A DNA stretch of 64,000 bases from Vicinamibacteria bacterium. Its GTDB lineage: Bacteria; Acidobacteriota; Vicinamibacteria; Marinacidobacterales; Marinacidobacteraceae. Location of the stretch: the NCBI GenBank assembly GCA_963668695.2, contig CAXXLQ010000004.1, forward strand, positions 3,744,001 to 3,808,000, written 5' to 3'. A model generated the notes under the pieces. That model worked only from the letters and a program-made list of their open reading frames with translations, had not been told where the DNA came from and ran no database searches. Positions 27,863 to 37,300 of this stretch are shown piece by piece. Positions within the stretch are counted from its first letter, which is position 1. Each line of letters starts with the position of its first letter. A program made the position numbers and the translations under genes.

Positions 27863-29522
27863 AACCTGTCAGATATTCCGTGTTTGGGAGGGACGTAACC
27901 CAGACAAAAGGAGAACGAGAGATGGCGCGACGGAAGAGTCGGATCAGCGGAGAGCTTCTGGACGAGCTTTTGTGAGGGGAGGACCCGCGGGAGGCGGTCC
28001 GGAGCGGGGAGTTATTTGCGGAGCTCCAGAAGTCGCTGGCGGAGCGAGCGCTGCAGGCGGAGATGGAGGTTCATCTTTCGAGCGCGGAGGAGGCTGGGTC
28101 CGGGAACCACCGGAACGGTCACAACCGGAAGCGGGTGTTGACGGGGACGGGGTCGGTGGAGTTAGCGGTTCCGCGGGACCGTGCGGGACGTTTCGAGCCG
28201 CAGTTGATCGAGAATTGGGCTCGGCGTCTTCCGGGGTTCGACGAGAAGGTGATTTCGCTGTATGCGCGGGGTTTGACGACGCGGGAGATCCGGGCGCAGG
28301 TGGAGGAGTTGTATGGGGTTACGGTGTCTCGGGAGTTGATCTCGAAGGGGACGGACGAGATTCACGAGGAGCTGCGGGAGTGGCGTTCGCGGCCGCTGGA
28401 GGCGGTGTATCCGCTGGTGTATTTCGACGCGTTGCGGGTGAAGGTTCGCGAGGAGGGGTTGGTTCAGAACCAGGCGGTTCCTCTGGAGATCGGGGTGACG
28501 GCGTTGGGGCTGAAGGAGATCCTGGGGATGTGGACGGCGGCGAACGAGGGGGCGAAGTTCTGGTTGGGGGTGATGAACGAGCTGAAGGCGCGGGGCGTTC
28601 GGGACGTTTTGATCGTGGTGGTGGACGGGCTGAGGGGGTTTCCGGAGGCGATCGAGTAACGGATCAGGGCGGCGTTTCCGGAGGCGACGGTGCAGGGGTG
28701 CCTGGTGCATCTGATCCGGTATTCGCTGGCGCACGCCTCCTGGAAGGAGCGCAAGGAGCTGGCGGCGAAGACTGGGCGCAGGTGATCCCGTTCTTTGCGT
28801 TTTCGGGGCCGATCCGGCGGGTGATCTATACGACGAACGCGATCGAGAGCCTGAACAGCACGGTGCGGCGTGCGGTGCGAACGCGGGGCCACTTTCCGAA
28901 CGACCGGGCGGCGATGAAGCTGATCTACCCGGCGCTGCGGAAGATCGAGCGGAAGTGGCAGCGGCCGCAGACGTTCTGGCCGCAGGCGCGCGCCGAGTTT
29001 CCGATCCTGTTCGGCGACTGGTTCCCGGTGGAGGCCTTGTGAGTCCGGCGCGCGCCGCCCCCCACAGAGCGGTGGCCGGTCCGCCGCGCCGCCTCCGGCG
29101 GATTGCCGTAGGGGCGCCGCCTCAAGCCCGTGGAAAGCGCCGTCCCGGAGAAATCGCAGCGCCCGTGGCGACCGGATCGCGAGAGACCGCTTCTTCCGGA
29201 GCGATCCCCCCAGGACTTGGAAAACGCTGGAGCCGTGTCGCGTCTGGCGGCCGGACAATACCGGGCGGAGGACGCGTTTCCCACTCTTCCCACCGGCTCA
29301 CCTTGGAGCCTGGAGTTTTCTGGAGAGCATTGGCCCGTGGAGAGCCTCGGGGTCCGGCCCTCTCCTCGAGCTCCAAGAACCCCCGGCGTCCCTACCCGCC
29401 CCGGTCTGGCCCCGACGGGCGTGCCGGCCAGATCCCCATCGGCCCGGTCATACAAGTGCCCGGAAGCAAACCAAACGCAGTTTCCACAGTCACCGGCCTA
29501 CACACGGAATTTCTGACAGTCC
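27863..29522 (+). mobile_element. IS256-family element with inactivated transposase (27922-29042; internal stops and deletion)
   Basis: TIRs CTGTCAGATATTCCGTGT / ACACGGAATTTCTGACAG. Motifs VPRDRAGRFEPQLI, LYARGLTTREI, VYFDAL, VDGLRGFPEAI and IYTTNAIESLN. Confidence 0.88.
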
Positions 29523-29989
29523 TCCGGCGGGACGGTGCAGACCAGAGAACCCCGACACCTCCCCGCCTTGCCTTTTCGGGCTCACGTCGGAGCTTGCGTT
29601 TGCGCGAGAGGAATTGTCTGCGGAGCCCGCGATCGATTCGCTGTTCGAACTCAAACACGCCCCAGAGGCGCGACCCGCCGCGACCCTACCGAGGCCGTGG
29701 CGTCAAGTCACCTGATGGCGCATGGCGCGCGCGGCTGTCCGCGCTCGCCGGCCGGACGCACCTTCGACAGCGCGCCGCACGGAGCCCGACGGAAGTCTGG
29801 GAGCCAGGTTACCGGAACGCGACACGGGCGACCCGTGACGCCGCCGGGGTGGCGGGGATCCGAACCTGCTGAATGAACTTCGCGATCCTTTCTTGCGTCA
29901 CACCCCATCCCCGCTCGCTCAGTCTCCGTTCGATCGGCGCCGGGTCGATCACCCCAACTGTCGCTGTCGCGCCGGCCCCCCAAACGCCG

Positions 29990-30200
29990 CATTCGCTGGC
30001 GTCTGTCCCGCTTGCGAAACCCGACTCCGCCATGCGTAGTAGCCGCGTCGCGAGACACCCAGCACGCGGGCCATCGTGGAAATGCTCCACTTCGTGCGGT
30101 TCGCCGTCATGAAACGATAGGCCTCCATCCGACATTCCCGGGCGTTCGTGTGCACGAACGGCTCCGCGTAGCCGTCCAATCCCTTCAGGATCCCGGGTCG
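29990..30200 (-). pseudogene. IS3-family OrfB N-terminal remnant
   Basis: YRFMTANRTKWSISTMARVLGVSRRGYYAWRSR is characteristic of the IS3 OrfB start. Confidence 0.7.
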
Positions 30201-30904
30201 CGCAATCCCGGAGTGCCGCGGGCCATCTGCCGCGGGAATCTCCCAGCCTCCTGACCAGTAGCTCGACTCCCGCCGACCACCGAATCTGGCGACCCCGACC
30301 TGCCCAGCGGCGCTGTCCGAACGTGCTGCGTCATTCGTCGACAGGTTTCCGTTGTCTGCTTCCAGCTGCCGCACTGTGTTTGACCGAATCAAGATGTTCC
30401 TCCCCAGGCTAACTGGACGCCCAAGCTGTCCTTGGCAATCCAGTGGTTTACGGCTCGGCAGACAGCGTGAGAAACATCAGCCGGACCGCACCCGATCCAC
30501 GCAAGCAATAGCCCGGCGAGCCGGTCTCGCGGGGTTCGGCCGAAGCGTGCTCTGTCTGCCAGCCCGCGCACTCTATTCAAACTTCACCAACAATTCAACC
30601 TAAGATTTTCACGGGCGAGCTGTTTTGTTGGGATTCGGAAACTGGAAAAGAACGGGATCTCGCGCTTGGACACTGCTGGAGTTGGGGTGAGCTTCGCGAA
30701 CAGCTCGCAACGGCCCGAGGTCGGCATGGATGGCCGCAGGGGCCGTCGCGTCCTGCTAATCTGTTCATTCAAGATGACTTTTGGTGCCCGTCTGGATTTA
30801 CAGACGGGCCGTCGGATCCGATGTCGGAGCGGATTCGTCCATGGTTCGTCTTGTGGCAATGCCCCGTCGGCTGCGGTCTGGTCGCAATGGGGAGGCAAGC
30901 TGGC

Positions 30905-31246
30905 ATGACCAACACCGGGCGCCGCTACCCGCCGGAATTTCGCCAGCGCCTGATCGAGCTTGTTCGAGGCGGGCAAAGGCCGGAAGAGCTCTCGCGTGAA
31001 TTCGAGCCAAGCGCACAGGCGATCCGGAACTGGGTAGCCCGTGCAGATCGTGAGGAAAAGCAGGCTATTCAGCCGACCGCTGAGCGGGAGCGTGAACTCG
31101 TGGAGGCGAAGGAGGAGATCCGCCGCTTGCGTGAAGAGCGTGCAATCCTCAGGGAGATGCTCAAAGTGGCCGCCGCCTGGTTTGCGCGGGAGAGGCCGGC
31201 GGACTCGGAAGACGACGATCCACTGCCATGGCGGATTCCGGAATAA
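30905..31246 (+). CDS. Stand-alone IS3-family OrfA-like HTH protein (no OrfB downstream)
   Basis: RRYPPEFRQRLIELVRGG..PEELSREFEPSAQAIRNWV...EIRRLREERAIL..AAAWFARE, with a GGAGG RBS upstream. Confidence 0.8.
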   Translation: MTNTGRRYPPEFRQRLIELVRGGQRPEELSREFEPSAQAIRNWVARADREEKQAIQPTAERERELVEAKEEIRRLREERAILREMLKVAAAWFARERPADSEDDDPLPWRIPE

Positions 31247-31718
31247 AGAGTTCGCTGCACACGCATCCCGTAGAAAGTTCTCAGCGTGGTCCTTCCTCAG
31301 CGTGGCCCTTCAAGGACGAGTTCGGGCCGCTTACCGGCCCCCAAACTGCCGCGCCCCGAATAGTTCGCAGACGAGTGAGGCGAGCGTCCGGGCAGGTGGC
31401 CCGACCGGCCTGACCCTCATCTCGCGGTGGCGCGCGTCTTGAGCGGCTCCGGGCGCTTCGGCCGATTCGCAACGCAACATCAGGCACTACAGCCACTTCC
31501 CGCTGGGGCAGGCCGCCCATCCGCGGCCGTATCTGGAGTAGGGCTCGTGCACTGCGCGCAGATCGCGTAGCGGGAGGGATGGGAGACGGTGGAACCCGAC
31601 CCCCATCCCTCCCGGCTGCACCGGCCGCTCCTCTTGTCTGAGGACTGCTAGGATGGGGACGGATCGTTTGAGGGCTTGCTTCCCACACCCACGGTCCCGA
31701 AGCGGCAGGGATTCCAGA

Positions 31719-33158
31719 ATGCCTCACATCAGCCTTTTTCCGGTGCTGCTCGCCGGGCTGCTCCCGTTCGCCGCGGTTCCGCAGCTTGGCGCCCAACCCC
31801 CGCCCCAGCCGCCCACCCTGCCCGGAGATCCCTTCGGAGAGGATCCCTTCGGAAACCGTTTCGAGGAGCCGGACGCCGACGTCGACGCCATGGTCCGGTC
31901 CGCGTTCTTCGCGAGAGGCGGCGCGCAGCGGAACCGGGCGCTCCGCTTTCTGGTCGAACGCGACCAGAAGGACGTGATCCCGGCGTTCATCGCGGTCCTG
32001 CGGCTCCTGCCCGACGAGGACGGACGGCTCCTCGACGCGCTCCAGCAGCTCGCCCGGGCGAACATCCCCCGCGACTGGAAGGCGTGGACCGAGTGGCAGG
32101 AAGAGCACACCGAGATCCGGCCCTACCGCGGGTTCGTCTCCTTCAAGGCCGACATCCTCGCCGGAATCGATCCCAACTTCCGCGACTTCCTCCACCGGGG
32201 GGTGCGGCACGAGATCCGGATCGAGGAGATCGTCTGGGGCGGCGTCAAGAAAGACGGCATCCCCGCGCTCGTCAACGCCGAGCAAATCCCGGCCGCGGAA
32301 GCGACCTACCCGACGGACCGGGAGCTGGTCTTCGGGGTCAGCATCAACGGCGACTCGCGCGCCTATCCGCTCCGCATCCTGGACTGGCACGAGATGTTCA
32401 ACGACGTAGTGGGGGGCGTCCCGGTTTCGCTGGCGTACTGCACGCTCTGCGGGTCGGGCATCCTGTTCGATACCCGGGTTCCCGCGCGCCGGGAACCGTT
32501 CGTCTTCGGCTCCTCCGGCCTCCTCTACCGGTCGAACAAGCTGATGTACGACACCGAGACCGAATCCCTCTGGAACCAGTTCACCGGACGCCCGGTCGTG
32601 GGCGAACTCACCGGGTCCGGGATCGAGCTCAAGATCCTGCCGGTGGTGATCACGAGCTGGAAGGACTGGCTCGCCGCGCACCCGGACACCACGGTGCTCT
32701 CGCTCGACACCGGCTTCGACCGGAACTACCAGCCCGGACAGCCTTACGGGGCCTATTTCGCGAGCCCCGAACTCATGTTTCCGGCAGTGGTCCGCGACCG
32801 CCGCCTCGACCCGAAGGACCGCATCTTCGTCCTCCGGGACGGGGACCACGAGATGGCGTGGGCCATATCGGTCTTCGGGAGCGGCGCCATCCTCCACGAC
32901 CGGGTGGGGTCGCTGGATGTCGTCCTCATCGGTAACGGCGAGACCGAAACAGTGCGCGCCTACGAATCGGGCGGGCGGACCTTCACCGCGGTTGAGGGTG
33001 ATCCGGCGCGCCTCGAGAGCGACCGAGCGCTGTGGAACGTCACGGAAGACGCGCTGACCGGACCCGGGGGCGAGAGCCTCGCCCGGCTCCCGGGACACGT
33101 CGCCTACTGGTTCGCCTGGCAGAGCTACAAGGACGGACGGCCGCTGCGGGTGGAGTAG
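31719..33158 (+). CDS. DUF3179 domain secreted protein
   Basis: GGVKKDGIPAL, RAYPLRILDWHEMFND, YCTLCGSG, FGSSGLLYRSNKLMYD.TESLWNQ, YWFAW. Confidence 0.88.
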   Translation: MPHISLFPVLLAGLLPFAAVPQLGAQPPPQPPTLPGDPFGEDPFGNRFEEPDADVDAMVRSAFFARGGAQRNRALRFLVERDQKDVIPAFIAVLRLLPDEDGRLLDALQQLARANIPRDWKAWTEWQEEHTEIRPYRGFVSFKADILAGIDPNFRDFLHRGVRHEIRIEEIVWGGVKKDGIPALVNAEQIPAAEATYPTDRELVFGVSINGDSRAYPLRILDWHEMFNDVVGGVPVSLAYCTLCGSGILFDTRVPARREPFVFGSSGLLYRSNKLMYDTETESLWNQFTGRPVVGELTGSGIELKILPVVITSWKDWLAAHPDTTVLSLDTGFDRNYQPGQPYGAYFASPELMFPAVVRDRRLDPKDRIFVLRDGDHEMAWAISVFGSGAILHDRVGSLDVVLIGNGETETVRAYESGGRTFTAVEGDPARLESDRALWNVTEDALTGPGGESLARLPGHVAYWFAWQSYKDGRPLRVE

Positions 33159-33166
33159 GTCGCACT

Positions 33167-35281
33167 ATGAACACTCGACCACGTGGGATCTCGTCTCCGG
33201 ATCCCACTCTCCCCAACCGAGGACTCAGGATGCTCTGCGGGCTCCTGCCGCTATGTCTCATCGCGGCCCTGATGATCGCGTCCTGCAATGGAGGGGAGTC
33301 CGCGGGTACGCCCGCTACGCCAACTCCCGCGCCGGCCCCGCCCACCACGCCACCCCCGCCGGACCCGCCCCAGTGGCCAAAGTTCGGGGAGTTCACGGAC
33401 TCCCAGGGTCGAACGATCACTTACGGGCTGCACGCGCAAGAGGGATGGGATCCGAGCGAATCGCGGGGCATCGTGATTTCCTTCCACGGACAAAACCAGG
33501 GGGAGCAGCACCAGTTCTCAGATACCTGGTCCGACTTCGAGAATGCGACTAGCTTCGAGCTGGGCCTGGCCATTGCCTACGTCGGCTCGCCCGTGTCCTT
33601 TCCAGAAGGCCACCCGCGCTTCCTGCTCGGGGGTTTGACCGGAAGAGGAGGAACGCGCGAGTGGAAAGAGTCAGACAATCGCCTCCTGCACGAGCTGTTG
33701 CAGAGCGGATTCGATGGCCACCTGGCCATCGACTACAACCGGATCGTGTTGCGAGGCGGTTCACAATCCACAGGCTTCCTGGCCCAGTTTTTCGAACGGT
33801 ACGCGGGAATCTACGGGGGTGGATTCCATGCCTGGTGTGGCCCATTTTGGAACAAAGGAGGGGGCTGGCACCGGCATGACGGGCTGTGGACACCAACCTT
33901 CCCGTGGTCTCCATTCTCAGCTTCCTCAGTGAGAGAGAGACTCCGGGTGTTCGTAGAAATGACGACTGGCGATTTTCTGTACGAGGGCGCCGTCGCCATG
34001 ACGCACTACTACCAGGATGTTCTTGGACTCGAAACCCGGTCCGACCTGGACGATCCCGGAGGCCATTGCGCCCTAAGCTCCACTCCCCGGAGAGAGATCT
34101 GGGAATGGCTTTCTCGCGGCGGCGACGGTGATCGTGCGCCGATCGGATCGGACGACGATATCGACGGAGACGGGATCATCAACGCCGTGGACATGGACGA
34201 CGACAACGACGGCGCCTGGGACTCGATTGACGCGCTGCCTCTGGATCCTCGTGGCTACCTCGATACAGATGGTGACGGTATCGGGAACTTCGAAGATCGC
34301 GATGCCGACGGCGACGGCGTAGACAACGCCGAGGATTCGTTTGCGTCAGACCCTCGCGAATGGTTGGATACGGACGGAGACGGCATAGGCAACAACATCG
34401 ACAACGACGATGACAATGATGGCATCCCCGATCGTACGGACGTCGATCCCTTGGAAGGAACCCGCATCAATCATCTGGCGTTTCACCCGGTTCTGACGAA
34501 TACGGACTCTCCAGGTGTTGAGCCTCGTCAACGCTCGGCTGCATTCGTTCATGTGGACAAGCCTGCGGCGTTGAGATACCCACGCGCGACGGGAGACCGG
34601 CAGTCCTATCAATATGTGAATCTCGGTAACGGACCGGATCCGCGATTCGAGATCATGATCGACAGATTCGAACGGAGGGAACCGTGTCGCGCGGTTCTCC
34701 TACCCGAGCTTTGCCAAGATCCGCCGTCTCCCTTCGCGTACTTCGAACACTATGTGGACAAGATCTATGTGGACACCAATCAAAATGGAGACCTGACCGA
34801 CGACGGACCGCCGCTGCTGCAGGCGCGGCACCGTGAAGACAATGGCTTGGATCGCGCCGCGGGCACAGTGTTGAAGGTGTCCTACGCGTCGGGCGAAACC
34901 TTGCCGTATGGCATCGCGCTCTGGAGCACGAGCAATCTCAAGAGCGGTATCGGATACGCGAGCGCCAGCGTCTGGATGGGCCATCTCCAGAGTCCTTCTC
35001 TGGAACCCTTGCTGGTGGCCATCGTGGATGGGGACGTGGACGGCACGTTCAATTCCGCGAAAGTCAGAGTGAACTCTGATTTCGGACTGGCGGAAGACTT
35101 CGTCTGCGTTGATCTGAATCGCAACAATGTTCTTGACGAGTGCAACTACCAGGAATTCAAATGGAGGGCAGCGCTGCCCGCCGGCGTCAGACCGGGCGAG
35201 ACCTTCACACTGGATGAGCAGGAGTATCGAATCGTGGTTGCGCCCACCGGACACAAGGCCGAGATTCTGCGCGTGCGCTAA
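33167..35281 (+). CDS. Putative lipoprotein with alpha/beta-hydrolase-like domain and thrombospondin type 3 (Ca-binding) repeats
   Basis: Lipobox-like MIASC, Pro-rich linker, ISFHG...RIVLRGGSQS...GGHC, and repeats DTDGDGIGN / DDDNDG. Confidence 0.65.
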   Translation: MNTRPRGISSPDPTLPNRGLRMLCGLLPLCLIAALMIASCNGGESAGTPATPTPAPAPPTTPPPPDPPQWPKFGEFTDSQGRTITYGLHAQEGWDPSESRGIVISFHGQNQGEQHQFSDTWSDFENATSFELGLAIAYVGSPVSFPEGHPRFLLGGLTGRGGTREWKESDNRLLHELLQSGFDGHLAIDYNRIVLRGGSQSTGFLAQFFERYAGIYGGGFHAWCGPFWNKGGGWHRHDGLWTPTFPWSPFSASSVRERLRVFVEMTTGDFLYEGAVAMTHYYQDVLGLETRSDLDDPGGHCALSSTPRREIWEWLSRGGDGDRAPIGSDDDIDGDGIINAVDMDDDNDGAWDSIDALPLDPRGYLDTDGDGIGNFEDRDADGDGVDNAEDSFASDPREWLDTDGDGIGNNIDNDDDNDGIPDRTDVDPLEGTRINHLAFHPVLTNTDSPGVEPRQRSAAFVHVDKPAALRYPRATGDRQSYQYVNLGNGPDPRFEIMIDRFERREPCRAVLLPELCQDPPSPFAYFEHYVDKIYVDTNQNGDLTDDGPPLLQARHREDNGLDRAAGTVLKVSYASGETLPYGIALWSTSNLKSGIGYASASVWMGHLQSPSLEPLLVAIVDGDVDGTFNSAKVRVNSDFGLAEDFVCVDLNRNNVLDECNYQEFKWRAALPAGVRPGETFTLDEQEYRIVVAPTGHKAEILRVR

Positions 35282-35452
35282 GGGAACGCGACGCCGGAGA
35301 TCGTGCCTCGCGAATATCGACTCCACTGAGGGTGGAGTCGCGGCATCTCGCGGGCCGCGTTGCCGGGCGGTGTAATGGCCAGGATTCGACCTCGGGCGGG
35401 CTCCTTTCCGAGTCTGGCCTTTGCGTGAGCGAGCTCGCCTCCGATACTCGCG

Positions 35453-35899
35453 TCACCCGCGGCCGGATCCCGAGCGTCTCTCCGCATAGTCCCTGAGCGT
35501 TACCACCGTGCCGCCTGTCTCCATGGCGGCCAGCGCGTGGGCAAAACGCAGATCGGCAGTGACGAGGCGTGCATCGAGACGGTACGCCAGCGCGAGATAC
35601 AGGCAGCCATACACGGTGCGGTCATAGGCAAACGCCAGCCGCAGCGCGTCGCTGGCGAGTGACTCGTCCGGGTGCCAGGAAACCGGCATCTGCACGAGGG
35701 ACGCCAACCGGGCTCTCGCGAAGCCAAGCTCCAGTTCGCCCCGTAGTACCTTGCGCCAGAGCGCGCTTCCGACCTCTGAGGCGAGGAGGCGCGGGCAGTG
35801 CAGTCGATCCTCCCCGCTCAGCAACAACGCCGCCCGTTCCGAGTCCTCCTCTTCCGCGAACCACTTGACGGCGACGCTGGCGTCAACCACCAAGTCCAT
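35453..35899 (-). CDS. VapC/FitB PIN-domain toxin
   Basis: LVVDASVAVKWF..E...EV.SAL...YLALA...LVTAD. Confidence 0.88.
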   Translation of the reverse strand: MDLVVDASVAVKWFAEEEDSERAALLLSGEDRLHCPRLLASEVGSALWRKVLRGELELGFARARLASLVQMPVSWHPDESLASDALRLAFAYDRTVYGCLYLALAYRLDARLVTADLRFAHALAAMETGGTVVTLRDYAERRSGSGRG

Positions 35900-35902
35900 C
35901 AG

Positions 35903-36116
35903 CAGCCCGTGGGCAAAGCACCCCGCACTCTTCCCTGGAGGAGTGGCGCGCCGCGCGCGCCGGTTCTTCCGCGGGCGCGGCGCTTATCCCACGGGGTAAT
36001 GGCGCGCATCGCTTCGCGATCCGCGCCATCGTCTTTCGCGGGGAGGGGGGACCCCCTCTCCCCACACACCCCCTCCGCGCCGCAGACGGACGCAGGCAGA
36101 CCTTTCCCACAGCCCT
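35903..36116. mobile_element. MITE-like insertion (family B, 214 bp) between antitoxin and toxin
   Basis: TCAG is duplicated at 35899-35902 and 36117-36120. Imperfect TIRs CAGCCCGTGGGCAAAG / CTTTCCCACAGCCCT and internal hairpins. Confidence 0.75.
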
Positions 36117-36371
36117 TCAGAAACGATGTCCGGAGTCGCGGTCTTCGCGGATCAGAATCTCCGACGGCGCCTGGGGCCTGCCCGCCGTTTCTCGGCGGAA
36201 TTCAGCGGACAGAACGCGGAAGGCGGCCCGCCGCGCCTCCAAATCGTCTCTGGCGGCCACTTCCAGGAGGTGGCGAACCTCACCCTCAAGCGAACGCTTG
36301 TTCTCAGCGGCGCGCTGCTTGAGGCGCTCGACTACTACGTCGTCGAGCCGCCGAACGTTGATCGTCGCCAT
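36117..36371 (-). CDS. FitA-like ribbon-helix-helix antitoxin
   Basis: MATINVRRLDDVVVERLKQRAAENKRSLEGEVRHLL...SEILIREDRD. Confidence 0.88.
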   Translation of the reverse strand: MATINVRRLDDVVVERLKQRAAENKRSLEGEVRHLLEVAARDDLEARRAAFRVLSAEFRRETAGRPQAPSEILIREDRDSGHRF

Positions 36372-36384
36372 TCGTCGCCCCTTT

Positions 36385-36409
36385 GAGTGCTATCAAAATG
36401 ATAACACTC
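36385..36409. promoter_or_regulatory. FitA-type operator
   Basis: Inverted repeat GAGTGCTATCA-AAA-TGATAACACTC. The TGCTATCA half-site matches the known FitAB operator half-site. Confidence 0.65.
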
Positions 36410-36496
36410 TGAACCACGCGGAGAGCCCCAGTACCCGGGGCCGGCAGCGCATCCGTTTATCGCGACTCTGACGTCCCGGGAACAGGGTCTCGGATC

Positions 36497-36537
36497 TCGC
36501 CAGCCTTTGGCTGGCGATGCCGGTCTGAAGGCCGGCG
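36497..36537. terminator. Hairpin pair (terminator or REP-like) downstream of the peroxiredoxin
   Basis: TCGCCAGCC-TTT-GGCTGGCGA followed by GCCGGTC-TGAA-GGCCGGC. Confidence 0.45.
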
Positions 36538-36542
36538 CTCCC

Positions 36543-37202
36543 TTACTTGTTCGGCTGGGCGACCAGGCGCAGGTAGGGCTTCGGAGCCCGCCAGCCGTCC
36601 GGATACTTCGCCCGGGCCGCTTCGTCGGAGACCGCCGGGACGATAATCACGTCGTCCCCGTCCTTCCAGTTCACCGGGGTCGCCACCTGATGGGACGCCG
36701 TCAACTGCATGGAGTCGAGCACCCGGAGAACTTCGTCGAAGTTGCGCCCGGTGGTCATCGGGTAGGTCAGGATCAGCTTGACCCGCTTGTCGGGTCCGAC
36801 GACGAACACCGAGCGCACCGTCATGTTGTCCATCGCCGTCCGGCCTTTCCGGCCGAGGGCATTGGGATGGATCATGTCGTAGAGCTTGGCCACCGCGAGG
36901 TCGTCGTCACCGATCATCGGGTAGTCCACGGCGTGCCCCTGGGTCTCCGCGATGTCGGCCTTCCAGCGCTGGTGGTCCTCGACCGGGTCCACGCTCAGCC
37001 CCATGATCTTGCAGTTCCGTCTCGCGAACTCGCCCTGGAGCCCCGCCATGTAGCCGAGCTCGGTGGTGCACACCGGGGTGAAGTCCTTGGGGTGCGAGAA
37101 GAGAATCGCCCAGCCGTCGCCGATCCAGTCGTGGAAGCTGATCGTGCCCTCGGTCGTGCGGGCGGTGAAATCGGGCGCGATGTCGCCGATGCGGATAGCC
37201 AT
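36543..37202 (-). CDS. 1-Cys peroxiredoxin (Prx6 family)
   Basis: LFSHPKDFTPVCTTELG, TVRSVF, YPMTTGRNFDE, ATPVNW. Confidence 0.95.
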   Translation of the reverse strand: MAIRIGDIAPDFTARTTEGTISFHDWIGDGWAILFSHPKDFTPVCTTELGYMAGLQGEFARRNCKIMGLSVDPVEDHQRWKADIAETQGHAVDYPMIGDDDLAVAKLYDMIHPNALGRKGRTAMDNMTVRSVFVVGPDKRVKLILTYPMTTGRNFDEVLRVLDSMQLTASHQVATPVNWKDGDDVIIVPAVSDEAARAKYPDGWRAPKPYLRLVAQPNK

Positions 37203-37300
37203 GTGGTCCCCTCCTGAGGCTCTAAGAGCGCCGAGCGTTCGTCAGCACTCGGGAGAACGATAGCCCCACACCGCCAGCAGCCTGTGACACGCTTATTCCC

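Noticed and set aside
31280-31311. 16-bp direct repeat CTCAGCGTGG(T/C)CCTTC x2
   Set aside because: Only two copies with no associated feature, so probably a local duplication.
35282-35452. tmRNA- or tRNA-like GGATTCGAC motif and hairpins
   Set aside because: No acceptor stem, CCA end or tag frame. More likely terminator-type hairpins between convergent genes.
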